Shown: in pieces, positions 20,594-34,068 of the stretch
How the letters are laid out: each line of letters starts with the position of its first letter
How positions within the stretch are numbered: position 1 is the first letter of the stretch
NCBI GenBank assembly: GCA_963575745.1
Contig: CAUYUJ010000137.1
Location: forward strand, 558,001-622,000
Reading direction: 5' to 3'
Source: Prorocentrum cordatum
Taxonomy: Eukaryota
DNA length: 64,000 nt
Position numbers and translations under genes: made by a program
The notes under the pieces: generated by a model
Database searches by the model: none
The model's input: the letters and a program-made list of their open reading frames with translations, nothing else
What the model was told of the DNA's origin: nothing

Positions 20594-23500
20594 CACCTCT
20601 GCTTCGCTACGCTATGCTATGCTACAGCCACGCTATAACATCAGGTTCCTCAAATTTTAATGACCTCGTCTCTTTGCTAAGCGCTTGCTATGCTATGCTA
20701 TGCTATGCTACAACCACGGTGTAACATGAGAGGGGAGATGATCTTTATGTGGGGGTGGAGATGCGGGGGGGATTGATAGCCACCGCAGGTGAGTGCCTAT
20801 GCAGGTAGGTATTCCTGGCCTTGCCCTGTTAGACCCTAAACCCGAAATCTCTAAACCTTATAATTATTAAACCCTAAAGCCCGCGAAACCGGCCGCTATG
20901 CATCCCCCCCTCCATCCTATGCAAAAAATATGATTTCCTGATCATGCGATCAGAAAATTTGTTGTTACAATATATTGTGCCCGGCCCGGGTCGCAACCCG
21001 GGTCGTTCCATTGCAAAAAATACTAAATCCTGATCATGCGATCAGACAGCCCTGTTTTTTACCATATAAAGTGCCCGGCCCCGGTCGCAACCGGGGCCTT
21101 TTCATTGCAAAAAATACTATATCCTGATCACGCGATCAGAAAACCTTATGTTTTACCATACAAAGTGCCCGGCCCAGGTTGCAAACCCGCATGTAAACCC
21201 GGGTTTTATATTGCAGCAAATACTACAAACTTAACATTCTGCTCTTGCAAAATGTGTCCATGCTCATATTCCATTGCAACAAATACGACAAAGTGCGCAC
21301 GCGCGCGGCGGCCGCGCGATCATGGCGAAATCTTTTGAAACACAATGTGTTTTCAATGTTTTTTTTTCCAGAAGCGATATCAACAAAACATATGAAAACA
21401 TATGATTTTCTCGTACCACAATTGTGCAGGATCGCTCTCCGCGTGCATCCTGAATCATTGAAAAACCAATGGGTTTTGCAACATTCTTGAAAAATCGAGA
21501 CGTCACAAACAACTTTTGAACGCCTGATCGAATGTGGCCATGCTTATATTCCATTGCAAAAAATACGACAAAGTGCACACGCGCGCGGCCGCCGCCTCTT
21601 TGTTAAGCGCTTGCTCCCAGGCGCACTCCTGGATCGAGCCACGCTTGCTATGGTATGCTATGCTATGCTACACCCACGGTGTAACATGAGAGGGGAGATG
21701 ATCTCTATGTGGGGGTGGAGATGCGGGGGGGATCGATAGCCACCGCAGGTGAGTGCCTATGCAGGTAGGTATTCCTGGCCTTGCCCTGTTAGACCCTAAA
21801 TATCTAATTCCTATAATTATTAAACCCTAAATCCTTCCAAACCGGCCGCTATGCAACCCGGCCTCCATCCCTTGCAAAAAATACGATTTCCTGATCATGC
21901 GATCAAAAAGCGTTATGTTTAACAATACATTCTGCCCGGCCCCGGTCGCGACCCGGGCTCATCCATTGCAGAAAAGACTATATCCTGATCATGCGATCAG
22001 AAAACCTTATTTGTTACAATACAAAGTGCCCGACCCGGGTTGCGGCCGGGTATGTAAACCGGAGTTCTATATTGGAAAAAACACTATAAACTCAACATCC
22101 TGTTCTTGCAAATGTGTCCATGGTCATATGCCATTGCAAAAAAATACCACAAAGTGCGCACGCGCGCGGCGGCCCCGCATGCGTACCGGAGTTTTATATT
22201 GTAAAACATATTATAAACTGAAGATTCTGCTCTTGCAAGATGCGTGCATGGTAATATTCCATTGCAGAAAATACGACAAAGTGCACAAGCGCGCGGCGGT
22301 CGTCATCATGGCCAACTCCTTTGGAAATTTCAATGTTTTTCAGCACTGGTGCTATGCGACAGCCACGCTAGAGGCTGCGGTTATCCAGATGTTGTGGAAC
22401 TCGCCTTTGTGCTAATCTATGTTATGCTGGCATAGCATACGAGAAGCGTTGCATAGCAAAGCACGTTGAGGTCGGGCGAACCCTACAGTCCGCCCGACCC
22501 GAACCGACCCGCTGGTTAGGGTTCACGCGTGTCAAGTGTATACGCACCATACTTTAATGTCCCGCCCGCCCGACCCGACCCGCCCGTTAGGGTCCGCGAG
22601 ACCCGACCCGACCCGCCCCGTTAGGGTCCGCCCGCCCGACCCGACCCGACCGGCCCGTCAGGGTTCACGCGTGTCAAGTGCACACGCACCATACTTTAAT
22701 GTCCCGCCCGCCGGGCCCGACCCGCCCGCTACGGTCCGCCCGACCCGACCCGACCCGCCCGTTCGGGTCCGCCCGCCCGACCCGACCCGACCCGCCCGTT
22801 AGGGTCCCGCCCGCCCGACCCGCCCGTTAGGGTCCCGCCCGCCCGACCCGCCCGCTAGGGTATAACATGAGATGAGAGATGATCTTTATGTGGGGGTGGA
22901 GATGCGGGGGGGATTGATAGCCGCCGCAGGTGGGTGCCTATGCGGGTAGGTATTATTGGCCTTGCCCTGTTAGACCCTAAACCCTAAACCCTGAACCCTA
23001 AATTTCTAATCGCTATAATTATTAATTCCTAAAGACCTAAATTCCGGTCGCTATGTAAGTCGGCCTTTCCCCTATGCAAAAAATACTGTTTCCTGATCGT
23101 GCGATCAGAAAACCCTATCTTTTACAATGCATTGTGCCCGGTCCCGGTCGCGACCCCGCTCTATCCATTGCAAAAAATACTATATCCTGATCATGCGATC
23201 AGAAAACCATATGTTTTACAATACAAAGTGCCCGGCCCGGGTTGCGCACCCGCATGTAAACCCGGGTTTTACATTGCAACAAATACTACAAACTTAACAT
23301 TCTGCTCTTGCAAGATGTGTCCATGCTCATATTCCATTGCAAAAAATACGACAAAGTGCACACGCGCGCGGCGGCCGCGCGATCATGGCGAAATCCTTTG
23401 AAACACAATGTGTTTTCAATGTTTTTCAGAAGCGTTATCAGCAAAACATATGAAAACATATGATTTTCTCATACCACAATTGTGCAGGATCGCCCTCCGC

Positions 23501-23840
23501 GTGCATCCTGAATCATTGAAAAACCAATGGGTTTTGCAACATTCTTGTACATCGGGGCGTCACAAACAACTTTTGAGCGCACGGCGAACGGCTTCAACCA
23601 AGTCTGCGCGCGACCAGGGGCTCCCGCTGTCGGTGCTGGGCCCCAGAGCTCGAAAGGGGTCTGAGAACATCAGGGAGTGCTATCTTACGGCCACTGCGCT
23701 CGACACCTCACAAGCTTCGTGTTGTAGCACGCGCGCCATCTGTTAGAGCGATGTTGTCACAAGGAGAGGAGAGATGATCTTTATGTGGGGGTGGAGATGC
23801 GGGGGGGATTGATAGCCACCGCAGGTGAGTGCCTATGTAG
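20594..23840. repeat. Composite repeat block: telomere-tailed ~115-bp modules, ~93-bp hairpin units, CCCGACCCG/GTTAGGGTCC arrays
   Basis: Modules at 20721, 21681, 22861, 23762. Paralogous block at 57340-60075 (22960-23838 closely matches 59130-60012). Confidence 0.88.
22975..23002 (-). repeat. Interstitial telomere-type (TTTAGGG)n repeats (also 20186-20199, 59145-59172, 60045-60071)
   Basis: CCCTAAA CCCTAAA CCCTGAA CCCTAAA. TTTAGGG is the plant/dinoflagellate telomere motif. Confidence 0.85.
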
Positions 23841-24649
23841 TCTTCGCACGCGCCGCAGCCCAACAGTGGACCGGGGGTGGCTGGCGGTGGCCTTGGGGTG
23901 TCCCGCGGTGTCCTGCGGTGTCTCGTCGTGTCTGGTGCTATGCGATGCTGTGCTGTGCTGTGCTATGCCATGCTGTACAACGCTACGCTATGTTATCAAT
24001 GCGATGCTAAATTATGCGGTCTGATGCGATGCGATACTATGCTGCGCAATGCGATGCTATGCTATGCTACGCCGTACTGTGCCATGCGATGCGATGCTAT
24101 TGTATGCGATGCGATGCGATGCGATGCGATGACATGCTATGCAATGCTATGTTGTGCTATGATACGCGATGCTCGTCTATGCGATGCTATGTTGTAGCTC
24201 CAGTTGGTCCCCCTTCCTCCCCCACACCGCCACACACACAACCTCCTTATCACCCGAAGGGTGGTCGTACATGTAGGTATGCACTGGCAGGATCTCGCGG
24301 CCAGAGACGCAACCGCCTCGCGCACACCTGCCTGGAGCGGGGAGGGATGGGGAGGAATGAGAACGATCTGGGAGGAGCGGGGAGGGGTATGGAGTGAGGT
24401 GCCTTGTGGGCCTCTTGGACTGCCTCAGAGCGCTCTGGGATCCACAGGCGCCTACGGAAGTCGTCTTGGAGGGCTCTGTGGGACGTCTTGGGGCGATCCT
24501 GGGAGCTTCTTGGGCCGTCTTGGAGGCCTTGTTGGGATGTCTTGCGGCGCTCTTGGGGTTCTCTGAGGCCGTCGTGGACGCTATGTACTTCTATATATAG
24601 ATATACATACAGACATACATACATGCATACATACATACATACATACAAG

Positions 24650-24680
<31 letters not shown>

Positions 24681-25069
24681 GTGTATATATACATATATAT
24701 ATATATACAAATAGGAACGCATAGGCCAAACATACGAGGAATCAGGGCGATGTGTGTTCCTTGCGGCCCTCATAAGTGTCCTCTTGGAGCCCTCTTCAAG
24801 CGCTTGGGGGGCCTCTCGGGCCGTCTTGAAGCCATCTTGGGCGTCTTGGCGCACTCTTGGACCGTCTCGGACGCCTCCTGGACCGTCTGGGGAGCGCCTT
24901 CGGGCCCTCCGAGAGCCCCCCGAAGGACCCCGAGGGATACAGTGGGCACCGCGGAGGGAGGGGGGAGTTTGGGAAACGTGGGCAGCCTCGGGCCCCAGGG
25001 GCCTGGTCGCGGGGTCTGCATGGTGATGGGCAACTATGATGAGCGCTTGCGCACTGCAGTCAGAGCCAC

Positions 25070-25091
25070 CTTGAGCCAAAATGGCTACGGA
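25070..25091 (-). ncRNA. Dinoflagellate spliced leader (DinoSL) 22-nt exon; SL RNA gene or retroposed SL
   Basis: Minus strand TCCGTAGCCATTTTGGCTCAAG, exact match to DCCGTAGCCATTTTGGCTCAAG, immediately followed by GT. Confidence 0.8.
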
Positions 25092-27900
25092 TGCTCGTGG
25101 GGCGTCTTTTGGGGCTCCTGTGGGGCCTCGTGGAGCCTCTAGGGGGCCTCTAGGGGGCCTCCTGGTCTCTCTTGGGGGCCTCTTGGGGGCCTCCTGGAGG
25201 CCTACTGGGGCGGAAGGCTCGAATTGTCGGTTCGTGTTCCCCCTCTTGGGCCCCTCTTAGGGCCCTCTTGGGGCGATCTTGGGCGCCTCTGGGGCCGCCT
25301 TGGGGCACTCGTTGGGCCGTCTTGGGGCTCTCTATTGCGCCGTCGTGGCGCCCTCTTTGGGTGCCTCTTGGGCCGTCTTGAGCTGGTTTCTGGGGCCTCA
25401 TGGGCTGTCTTGGACCGTGGGAGGCACGAAACAACGAGAACACGAACAACCGTCAAAAACCATTGAGGAAGCCTACTTGGTTCGCCTCCCGAGAGCCTCG
25501 TGGGAACCCTTGAGGGCATCGTGGCCATCGTGACGCCCTCTTAGGCTGTCTTCAAAGCCATGTTGGACCAATTTTGGAACGCTCTTGTGCGGTCTTGGGC
25601 TCTCTTGGAGCGCTCTTGGGCCATCAATGCGCCCTCGTGGACGTCTCTCGCCCCCTTTGACGTTGTTTGCCGCCCCCCGCCGGGCCCGAAACGGCCAGAA
25701 GACAAATCAGTGCACGTCGGGGGGCCCGGGATCCCCTCCCCTATACATAAATATATATATAGAGAGAGAGATACATACATACATACATACATACATACAT
25801 ACATACATACATGCATACATACATACATGCATGCATGCATGCATGCATGCATACACATACATACATACATACATACATACATACATACATACATACATAC
25901 ATACACACACATACATACATACACACATACATACATACATACATACATACACACGTACATACACACATACATACATACATACATACATACATGCATGCAT
26001 ACCTACACATATACATACATACATGCATACATACATACATACATGCACTTGCGGGGTCTCGCGCCAGAGACACAACAACCTCGCGCGCACTTATCTGGTC
26101 GATTGCCCAAGGATGTGCGCGCAAGGTGGAGCGACCCGCTCTTAAAAGTAAAGCAAAGCATCAAATTCACTGGGCTGACCGCAGGCGGACGTCACCTGCA
26201 AGCCAGCATTGCAGCCTGACGCGCCTTGGCGCGAAGGGCACACATACTGAGGCGCCGACCAATTCCCTTTCTGAACATTCGAACGCCAACAATGAAACTC
26301 CGCCACCCTGTCGCAGGCACGTTGGGGCCATATGAGAGCGCTCGTTGGCTTTCGGGAAATGTTTCTGCTGTTCTCTGGGAGCGACGCCCCCCTGCCGCGC
26401 GCATCCACACAAAATCGCGCCCTCTGCACTTTGCTCCACGGCTCCACGGCGCCCTGAGCCAGAGACCGCCTCAAAACGGCCGCAAGACTCTCCAAAGACG
26501 GCCCAGCGGACTCTGTTGGCCCTCTCTTGAAATCCCGTTGGGATTTCTTGGGACCCTCTTGGGCAGACTCCGGAACCTCTGGGGCCGTTTTTGGGGTCCT
26601 GTTGGGCCGTCCTCGAGCCCTAGGAAGGGGGGGGGAGGAGGGGCCAGGCGGAGCGAAACAAACGATTGTCTCCGCAGCAAGCAGATAGAATCCGAGGTTG
26701 GGAAAGAGATCGACGTGAACAAGAGACCCCCCGCCAAGAAGTCGTTTTCGGTTTCGTGTCGTGCGTGTGGGCGAGGCTGCTTCGGCGGGCGAGGGGGATG
26801 ATCCCGCCGTGCTCAGACAAAACCGAACAAAATTCTGCTGCGCACCCCGGTTGGCCAGTGGTTGCCCGGGGGTGTCCCGCGGTGTCCCGTGGTGTGACAG
26901 AATCCGAGGTTGGGAAAGAGATCGAAGCGAACAGGAGCCCCCCGCCAGGAAATCGTTTTCGGTTTCGTGTTCGTGTCGCGCGTGTGGGCGCGGCGAAGCT
27001 GCGTCGGAAGGCGAGAGGAAAGAACCATCTGTGCTTACGGCAAAACTGGGCCAAATTTTGCTGCGCCCCCCGGTTGGCCAACAGTGGACCGGGGGTGGCT
27101 GGCGGTGGCCTTGGGGTGTCCCGCGGTGTCCCGCGGTGTCTCGTCGTGTCTGGTGCTATGCGATGCTGTGCTGTGCTGTGCTATGCCATGCTGTACAATT
27201 CTACGCTATGTTATCAATGCGATGCTAAATTATGCGGTATGATGCGATGCGATACTATGCTGCGCAATGCGATGCTATGCTATGCTACGCCGTACTGTGC
27301 CATGCGATGCTATGCTATTATATGCGATGCGATGCGATGCGATGACATGTTATGCAATGCTATGTTGTGCTATGATACGCGATGCTCGTCTATGCTGTGC
27401 TATGCGATGCTATGCGATGCTATGTTGTAGCTCCAGTTGGTCCCCCTTCCTCCCCCACACCGCCACACACACAACCTCCTTATCACCCGAAGGGTGGTCG
27501 TACATGTAGGTATGCACTGGCAGGATCTCGCGGCCAGAGACGCAACCGCCTCGCGCACACCTGCCTGGAGCGGGGAGGGATGGGGAGGAATGAGAACGAT
27601 CTGGGAGGAGCGGGGAGGGGTATGGAGTGAGGTGCCTTGTGGGCCTCTTGGACTGCCTCAGAGCGCTCTGGGATCCACAGGCGCCTACGGAAGTCGTCTT
27701 GGAGGGCTCTGTGGGACGTCTTGGGGCGATCCTGGGAGCTTCTTGGGCCGTCTTGGAGGCCTTGTTGGGATGTCTTGCGGCGCTCTTGGGGTTCTCTGAG
27801 GCCGTCGTGGACGCTATTTACTTCTATATATATATATACATACAGACATACATACATGCATGCATACATACATACATACATACATACATACATACAAGCA

Positions 27901-27944
<44 letters not shown>

Positions 27945-28306
27945 CAAATAGGAACGCATAGGCCAAACATACGAGGAATCAGGGCGATGTGTGTTCCTTG
28001 CGGCCCTCATAAGTGTCCTCTTGGAGCCCTCTTCAAGCGCTTGGGGGGCCTCTCGGGCCGTCTTGAAGCCATCTTGGGCGTCTTGGCGCACTCTTGGACC
28101 GTCTCGGACGCCTCCTGGACCGTCTGGGGAGCGCCTTCGGGCCCTCCGAAAGCCACCCGAAGGACCCCTAGGGAAACAGTGGGCACCGCGGGGGGAGGGG
28201 GGAATTTGGGAAACGTGGGCAGCCTCGGGCCCCAGGGGCCTGGTCGCGGGGTCTGCATGGTGATGGGCAACTATGATGAGCGCTTGCGCACTGCAGTCAG
28301 AGCCAC

Positions 28307-28328
28307 CTTGAGCCAAAATGGCTACGGA
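28307..28328 (-). ncRNA. Second DinoSL copy in next tandem unit
   Basis: Same exact 22-mer followed by GTGGCTCTG. Confidence 0.8.
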
Positions 28329-31289
28329 TGCTCGTGGGGCGTCTTTTGGGGCTCCTGTGGGGCCTCGTGGAGCCTCTAGGGGGCCTCTAGGGGGCCTCCT
28401 GGTCTCTCTTGGGGGCCTCTTGGGGGCCTCCTGGAGGCCTACTGGGGCGGAAGGCTCGAATTGTCGGTTCGTGTTCCCCCTCTTGGGCCCCTCTTAGGGC
28501 CCTCTTGGGGCGATCTTGGGCGCCTCTGGGGCCGCCTTGGGGCACTCGTTGGGCCGTCTTGGGGCTCTCTATTGCGCCGTCGTGGCGCCCTCTTTGGGTG
28601 CCTCGTGGGCCGTCTTGAGCTGGTTTCTGGGGCCTCATGGGCTGTCTTGGACCGTGGGAGGCACGAAACAACGAGAACACGAACAACCGTCAAAAACCAT
28701 TGAGGAAGCCTACTTGGTTCGCCTCTCGAGAGCCTCGTGGGAACCCTTGAGGGCATCGTGGCCATCTTGAAGCCCTCTTAGGCTGTCTTCAAAGCCATGC
28801 TGGACCAATTTTGGAACGCTCTTGTGCGGTCTTGGGCTCTCTTGGAGCGCTCTTGGGCCATCAATGCGCCCTCGTGGACGTCTCTCGCCCCCTTTGACGT
28901 TGTTTGCCGCCCCCCGCCGGGCCCGAAACGGCCAGAAGACAAATCAGTGCACTTCGGGGGGGCCCGGGACCCCCTCCCCTATACATAAATATATATAGAG
29001 AGAGATACATACATACATACATACATACATACATACATACATACATACATACATACATACATACATACATACATACATACATACATACATACATACATAC
29101 ATACATACATACATACATACATGCATGCATACATACATACATACATACATACACGCACGCACGCACGCACGCACACACACATACATACATACATACATAC
29201 ACACATACATACATACATACATACATACATACATGCATGCATGCATGCATGCATGCATGCATGCACATGCATACATACATGCATGCACGCATGCATACAT
29301 ACATACATACATACATACATACATACATACACAAATACATACATACACACACATACATACATACATACATACATTACATACATACATACTTACATACATA
29401 CATACATACATACATACATGCATGCATGCATGCATACCTACACATATACATACATACATACATGCATACATACATACATACATACATACATGCACTTGCG
29501 GGGTCTCGCGCCAGAGACACAACAACCTCGCGCGCACTTATCTGGTCGATTGCCCAAGGATGTGCGCGCAAGGTGGAGCGACCCGCTCTTAAAAGTAAAG
29601 CAAAGCATCAAATTCACTGGGCTGACCGCAGGCGGACGTCACCTGCAAGCCAGCATTGCAGCCTGATGCGCCTTGGCGCGAACGGCACACATACTGAGGC
29701 GCCGACCAATTCCCTTTCTGAACATTCGAACGCCAACAATGAAACTCCGCCACCCTGTCGCAGGCACGTTGGGGCCATATGAGAGCGCTCGTTGGCTTTC
29801 GGGAAATGTTTCTGCTGTTCTCTGGGAGCGACGCCCCCCCGCCGCGCGCGTCCACAAAATCGCGCCCTCTGCGCTTTGCTCCACGGCTCCACGGCGCCCT
29901 GAGCCAGAGACCGCCTCAAAACGGCCGCAAGACTCCCCAAGCCCGTCCAAAGACGGCCCAGCGGACTCTGTTGGCCCTCTCTTGAAATCCCGTTGGGATT
30001 TCTTGGGACCCTCTTGGGCGGACTCCGGAACCTCTGGGGCCGTTTTTGGGGTCCTGTTGGGCCGTCCTCGAGCCCTAGGAAGGGGGGGGGAGGAGGGGCC
30101 AGGCGGAGCGAAACAAACGATTGTCTCCGCAGCAAGCAGATAGAATCCGAGGTTGGGAAAGAGATCGACGTGAACAAGAGACCCCCCGCCAAGAAGTCGT
30201 TTTCGGTTTCGTGTCGTGCGTGTGGGCGAGGCGAGGCTGCTTCGGCGGGCGAGGGGGATGATCCCGCCGTGCTCAGGCAAAACCGAACAAAATTCTGCTG
30301 CGCCCCCCGGTTGGCCAGTGGTTGCCCGGGGGTGTCCCGCGGTGTCCCGTGGTGTGACAGAATCCGAGGTTGGGAAAGAGATCGAAGTGAACAGGAGCCC
30401 CCCGCCAGGAAATCGTTTTCGGTTTCGTGTTCGTGTCGCGCGTGTGGGCGCGGCGAAGCTGCGTCGGAAGGCGAGAGGAAAGAACCATCTGTGCTTACGG
30501 CAAAACTGGGCCAAATTTTGCTGTGCCCCCCGGTTGGCCAACAGTGGACCGGGGGTGGCTGGCGGTGGCCTTGGGGTGTCCCGCGGTGTCCCGCGGTGTC
30601 TCGTCGTGTCTGGTGCTATGCGATGCTGTGCTGTGCTGTGCTATGCCATGCTGTACAATTCTACGCTATGTTATCAATGCGATGCTAAATTATGCGGTCT
30701 GATGCGATGCGATACTATGCTGCGCAATGCGATGCTATGCTATGCTACGCCGTACTGTGCCATGCGATGCTATGCTATTATATGCGATGCGATGCGATGC
30801 GATGACATGCTATGCAATGCTATGTTGTGCTATGATACGCGATGCTCGTCTATGCTGTGCTATGCGATGCTATGCGATGCTATGTTGTAGCTCCAGTTGG
30901 TCCCCCTTCCTCCCCCACACCGCCACACACACAACCTCCTTATCACCCGAAGGGTGGTCGTACATGTAGGTATGCACTGGCAGGATCTCGCGGCCAGAGA
31001 CGCAACCGCCTCGCGCACACCTGCCTGGAGCGGGGAGGGATGGGGAGGAATGGGAACGATCTGGGAGGAGCGGGGAGGGGTATGGAGTGAGGTGCCTTGT
31101 GGGCCTCTTGGACTGTCTCAGAGCGCTCTGGGATCCACAGGCGCCTACGGAAGTCGTCTTGGAGGGCTCTGTGGGACGTCTTGGGGCGATCCTGGGAGCT
31201 TCTTGGGCCGTCTTGGAGGCCTTGTTGGGATGTCTTGCGGCGCTCTTGGGGTTCTCTGAGGCCGTCGTGGACGCTATTTACTTCTATAC

Positions 31290-31855
31290 ATATAGATATA
31301 CATATATACATACATACATACATACATACATACATACATACATACATGCATACATGCATACATGCATACATGCATACATGCATACATACATACATACATA
31401 CGTGCATGCATGCATGCATGCATGCATACATACATACATACATACATACATACACATACATACATACATACAGACAGACATACATACATACGACATACGT
31501 ACGTACGTACGTACGTACATACATACATACATACATACATACATGCGTGCATGCAGGCATGCATACATACATACATACACACGTACATACATACATCCAC
31601 ACATACATACATACATACATGCATACATACATACATATACATACATACATACATACATGCATGCATGCATGCATGCATGCATGCATGCATACATACATAC
31701 ATACATACATACATACATACATACATACATACATACATACATGCATACGTACATATATACATACCTACATACATACATACATGCATGCATGCATGCATAC
31801 ATACATACGCACATAAACCTACGCACCCATATATATACATACATATACATACATA
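31290..31855. repeat. (TACA)n/(TGCA)n microsatellite (also 25771-26045, 29005-29492, 39670-39970)
   Basis: Direct reading. Confidence 0.95.
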
Positions 31856-33939
31856 TTGGAAGGCTTCTGGGCCGTGTATTGACATTGTTGGGCCTGTTCT
31901 GCCTCTTGGTACCCTCTTGGGAAGGCCTCTTGGAGACCGCTAGCCGCGTTTTGGAGGCCACTGAAGCCGTCTTGGGATCATCGTGGGCGTCTTGGAGCGA
32001 TCTTTCGGCGTCTCGGGGCCCTCTGGGACCACTTGGGGGCCTCCTCGGCCTTCTTGGGGCCGTCTCGGAGCCCCTGGGGACGCCGCCAGGGGAGGGACAC
32101 ACGCATATACAAGGGAGGTTCCGGCCCGGGGCGCGGGGGCCCGGATCTCCCATATATGTATATTCTTCGAAAGCTCAGGAGGAAAAGGAAGAGGAGGAGG
32201 AGGAGGAGGAAGAGGAGGAGGAGAAGGAGAGGAAGGAGAGAAAGAGGAGGAGGAGGAGGAGGAGGAGGAGGAGGAGGAGGAGGAGGAGGAGGGAGGAGGG
32301 GCAGGAGGAGGAAGAGGACGAGAAGGAGGAGGAAGAACAGGAGGAGGAGGAGGAGAAGGAGGAGGAGAAGGCAAGTTTGGAAGGAGAAGGGGGGTGAGAA
32401 GGGGCGGGCCTTCTCAGAAGGCTCGGAAGTCCCCCGGACTTCTGAGAAGTTTTCTAAGCCTTCCCCGAAGACACAAAAAACTTCTCAGAAGCCGCAAGGA
32501 CTTCTGAGAAGTCCCACCGCCTTCTGCGAAGCCCCTCTCCTTCTCACTTCCCCCCCTCGCTCGCCGCCGAAAGACGGCTCAAGAGACCCCCAGGACGGCC
32601 CAATAGGGCCCCTAAGACAGGCCCAAGGAGCGAGCCGAGACGGGGGAGCCCGAACGCAAGTGACCCCCGTTTGGAGTTCCGACGCCGCTTCACGACGGCG
32701 CCCGGGCCTCACAGCAGAGCTCTTGCATGCCCCTCCGAGACACACTGGGTGTTGCTAGAAGCGCCCCTGGCCCAGGGTGCCCCCGGCTTTTCGCTCCGTC
32801 TTGGAGTCCCTGGGGCCCTCTGGGCCTCGTGATGGGGGGCCCTGGAGGCCGCCTGGGCCACCCTGAGAAGCCTGGGGGTACCTTGGGCCAGGGGTACTTC
32901 TAGCAACACCCGAAGAGAGGGGGCCGGCGGCAGGGGAAGACTTCCTTCCAGATGCTTACAAGTACGAGGAGCCGAACAAGAGGGATCGAGCTGCGCATGC
33001 ACAGTAGTCTAGGCTGGTGGTGACGTGACCTGACTTGCCAGATGTTCGTCTCGGACCCCAAAAGGGCAACAGCCTCACGGGGAAGCTGGGCCGCTTAGGA
33101 CCTCTTCCACCACGGAGAGCTCCATGCCCCGCCACTTCTTCACTCGGCGACCCGCCGAGCCGATCCCAGTCTCGGCCACCTGGCTCGTAGTCCAAAACCT
33201 GTTTGAGTTTCCGCTCTAGCCATGGCTTTAGCCGAGATAGAGGAGAGGAGAAGGAGGAGGAGGAGGAGGAGGAGGAGGAGAAGAAGAAGGAGGAGGAGGA
33301 GGAGGAGGAGGAGGAGGAGAAGCGGGACGCCGACGACGGCGACGACGACGACCCCGCAAAAAGCAGCTTTCGATCGGGCGCGCGGGCGCCCCCACGTGCG
33401 TGTGGCCAGCGGCCAGCAGCGAAAAAAAAAAGGCCCTGACTCTCATTCGGCACATTTTTGGGGGGTGGACAGAACCCCTAGGGCTCCCAACTTCGCGCTT
33501 CGCGCTGCGCGAAGCGCGAAGCGCGAATAACTTCGCGCTCTCGCGCCGCCCCCCCAAAGGGAGAAAAGGAGGACGAGGAGGAGGGGGAGAAGGAGCGAGG
33601 ACCGCGAAGCGCGAAGCGCGAATAACTTCGCGCCCTCGTGGGAGCCCTTGTTTTTGGGGGTGGACAGAACCCCCAACAGTGACACGTCGATTAGTGAATT
33701 GTCCGTTTTCGGTTCTCGAGAGGGCGCCGTGGCCGTTATGTTTCCAGGCTGGCGCCCGCCAGGTTTGGGCCTCAGGTCGTTTTCACGACAGGCAACAACT
33801 ATATGTGTGTATATATATTTATACTAGAACCACGCGCGCGCTTCGCGCGCGCTTAGGTTCTAGCCGTGGCCACGGAACAGCTCCGAACACGGTATGACCA
33901 GGCACAGGTCCAAGTATGTGGCGTTAGCCCAGAAAACCG

Positions 33940-34037
33940 ACCTCCTCCCCGTCCTCCTCCTCCCCCTCTGCCTCCTCCTGCCTCTCCGCCCCCTCCTCCC
34001 CCTCCCCCTCCTTCCCTCCCCCCTCCCCCTCCTCCTC

Positions 34038-34068
<31 letters not shown>

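Larger units (their letters stand above)
23861..31290. repeat. Tandem segmental repeat, unit 3.2-3.5 kb (23861-27078, 27079-30538, partial third from 30539)
   Basis: Unit start CAACAGTGGACCGGGGG at 23861, 27079, 30539. Length differences are mainly in (TACA)n tracts. Confidence 0.95.

Noticed and set aside
20780..20820. U1 snRNA on minus strand (ATACCTACCTG)
   Set aside because: Only the 5' 11-mer resembles U1; no loop I/II motifs or Sm site follow.
20938..20960. Hammerhead ribozyme core (CTGA..GAAA)
   Set aside because: Sequence is CTGATCA, not CTGANGA, and it pairs with itself; no stems I/III identified.
33190..33240. SL relic on minus strand
   Set aside because: Too degenerate to distinguish from chance.
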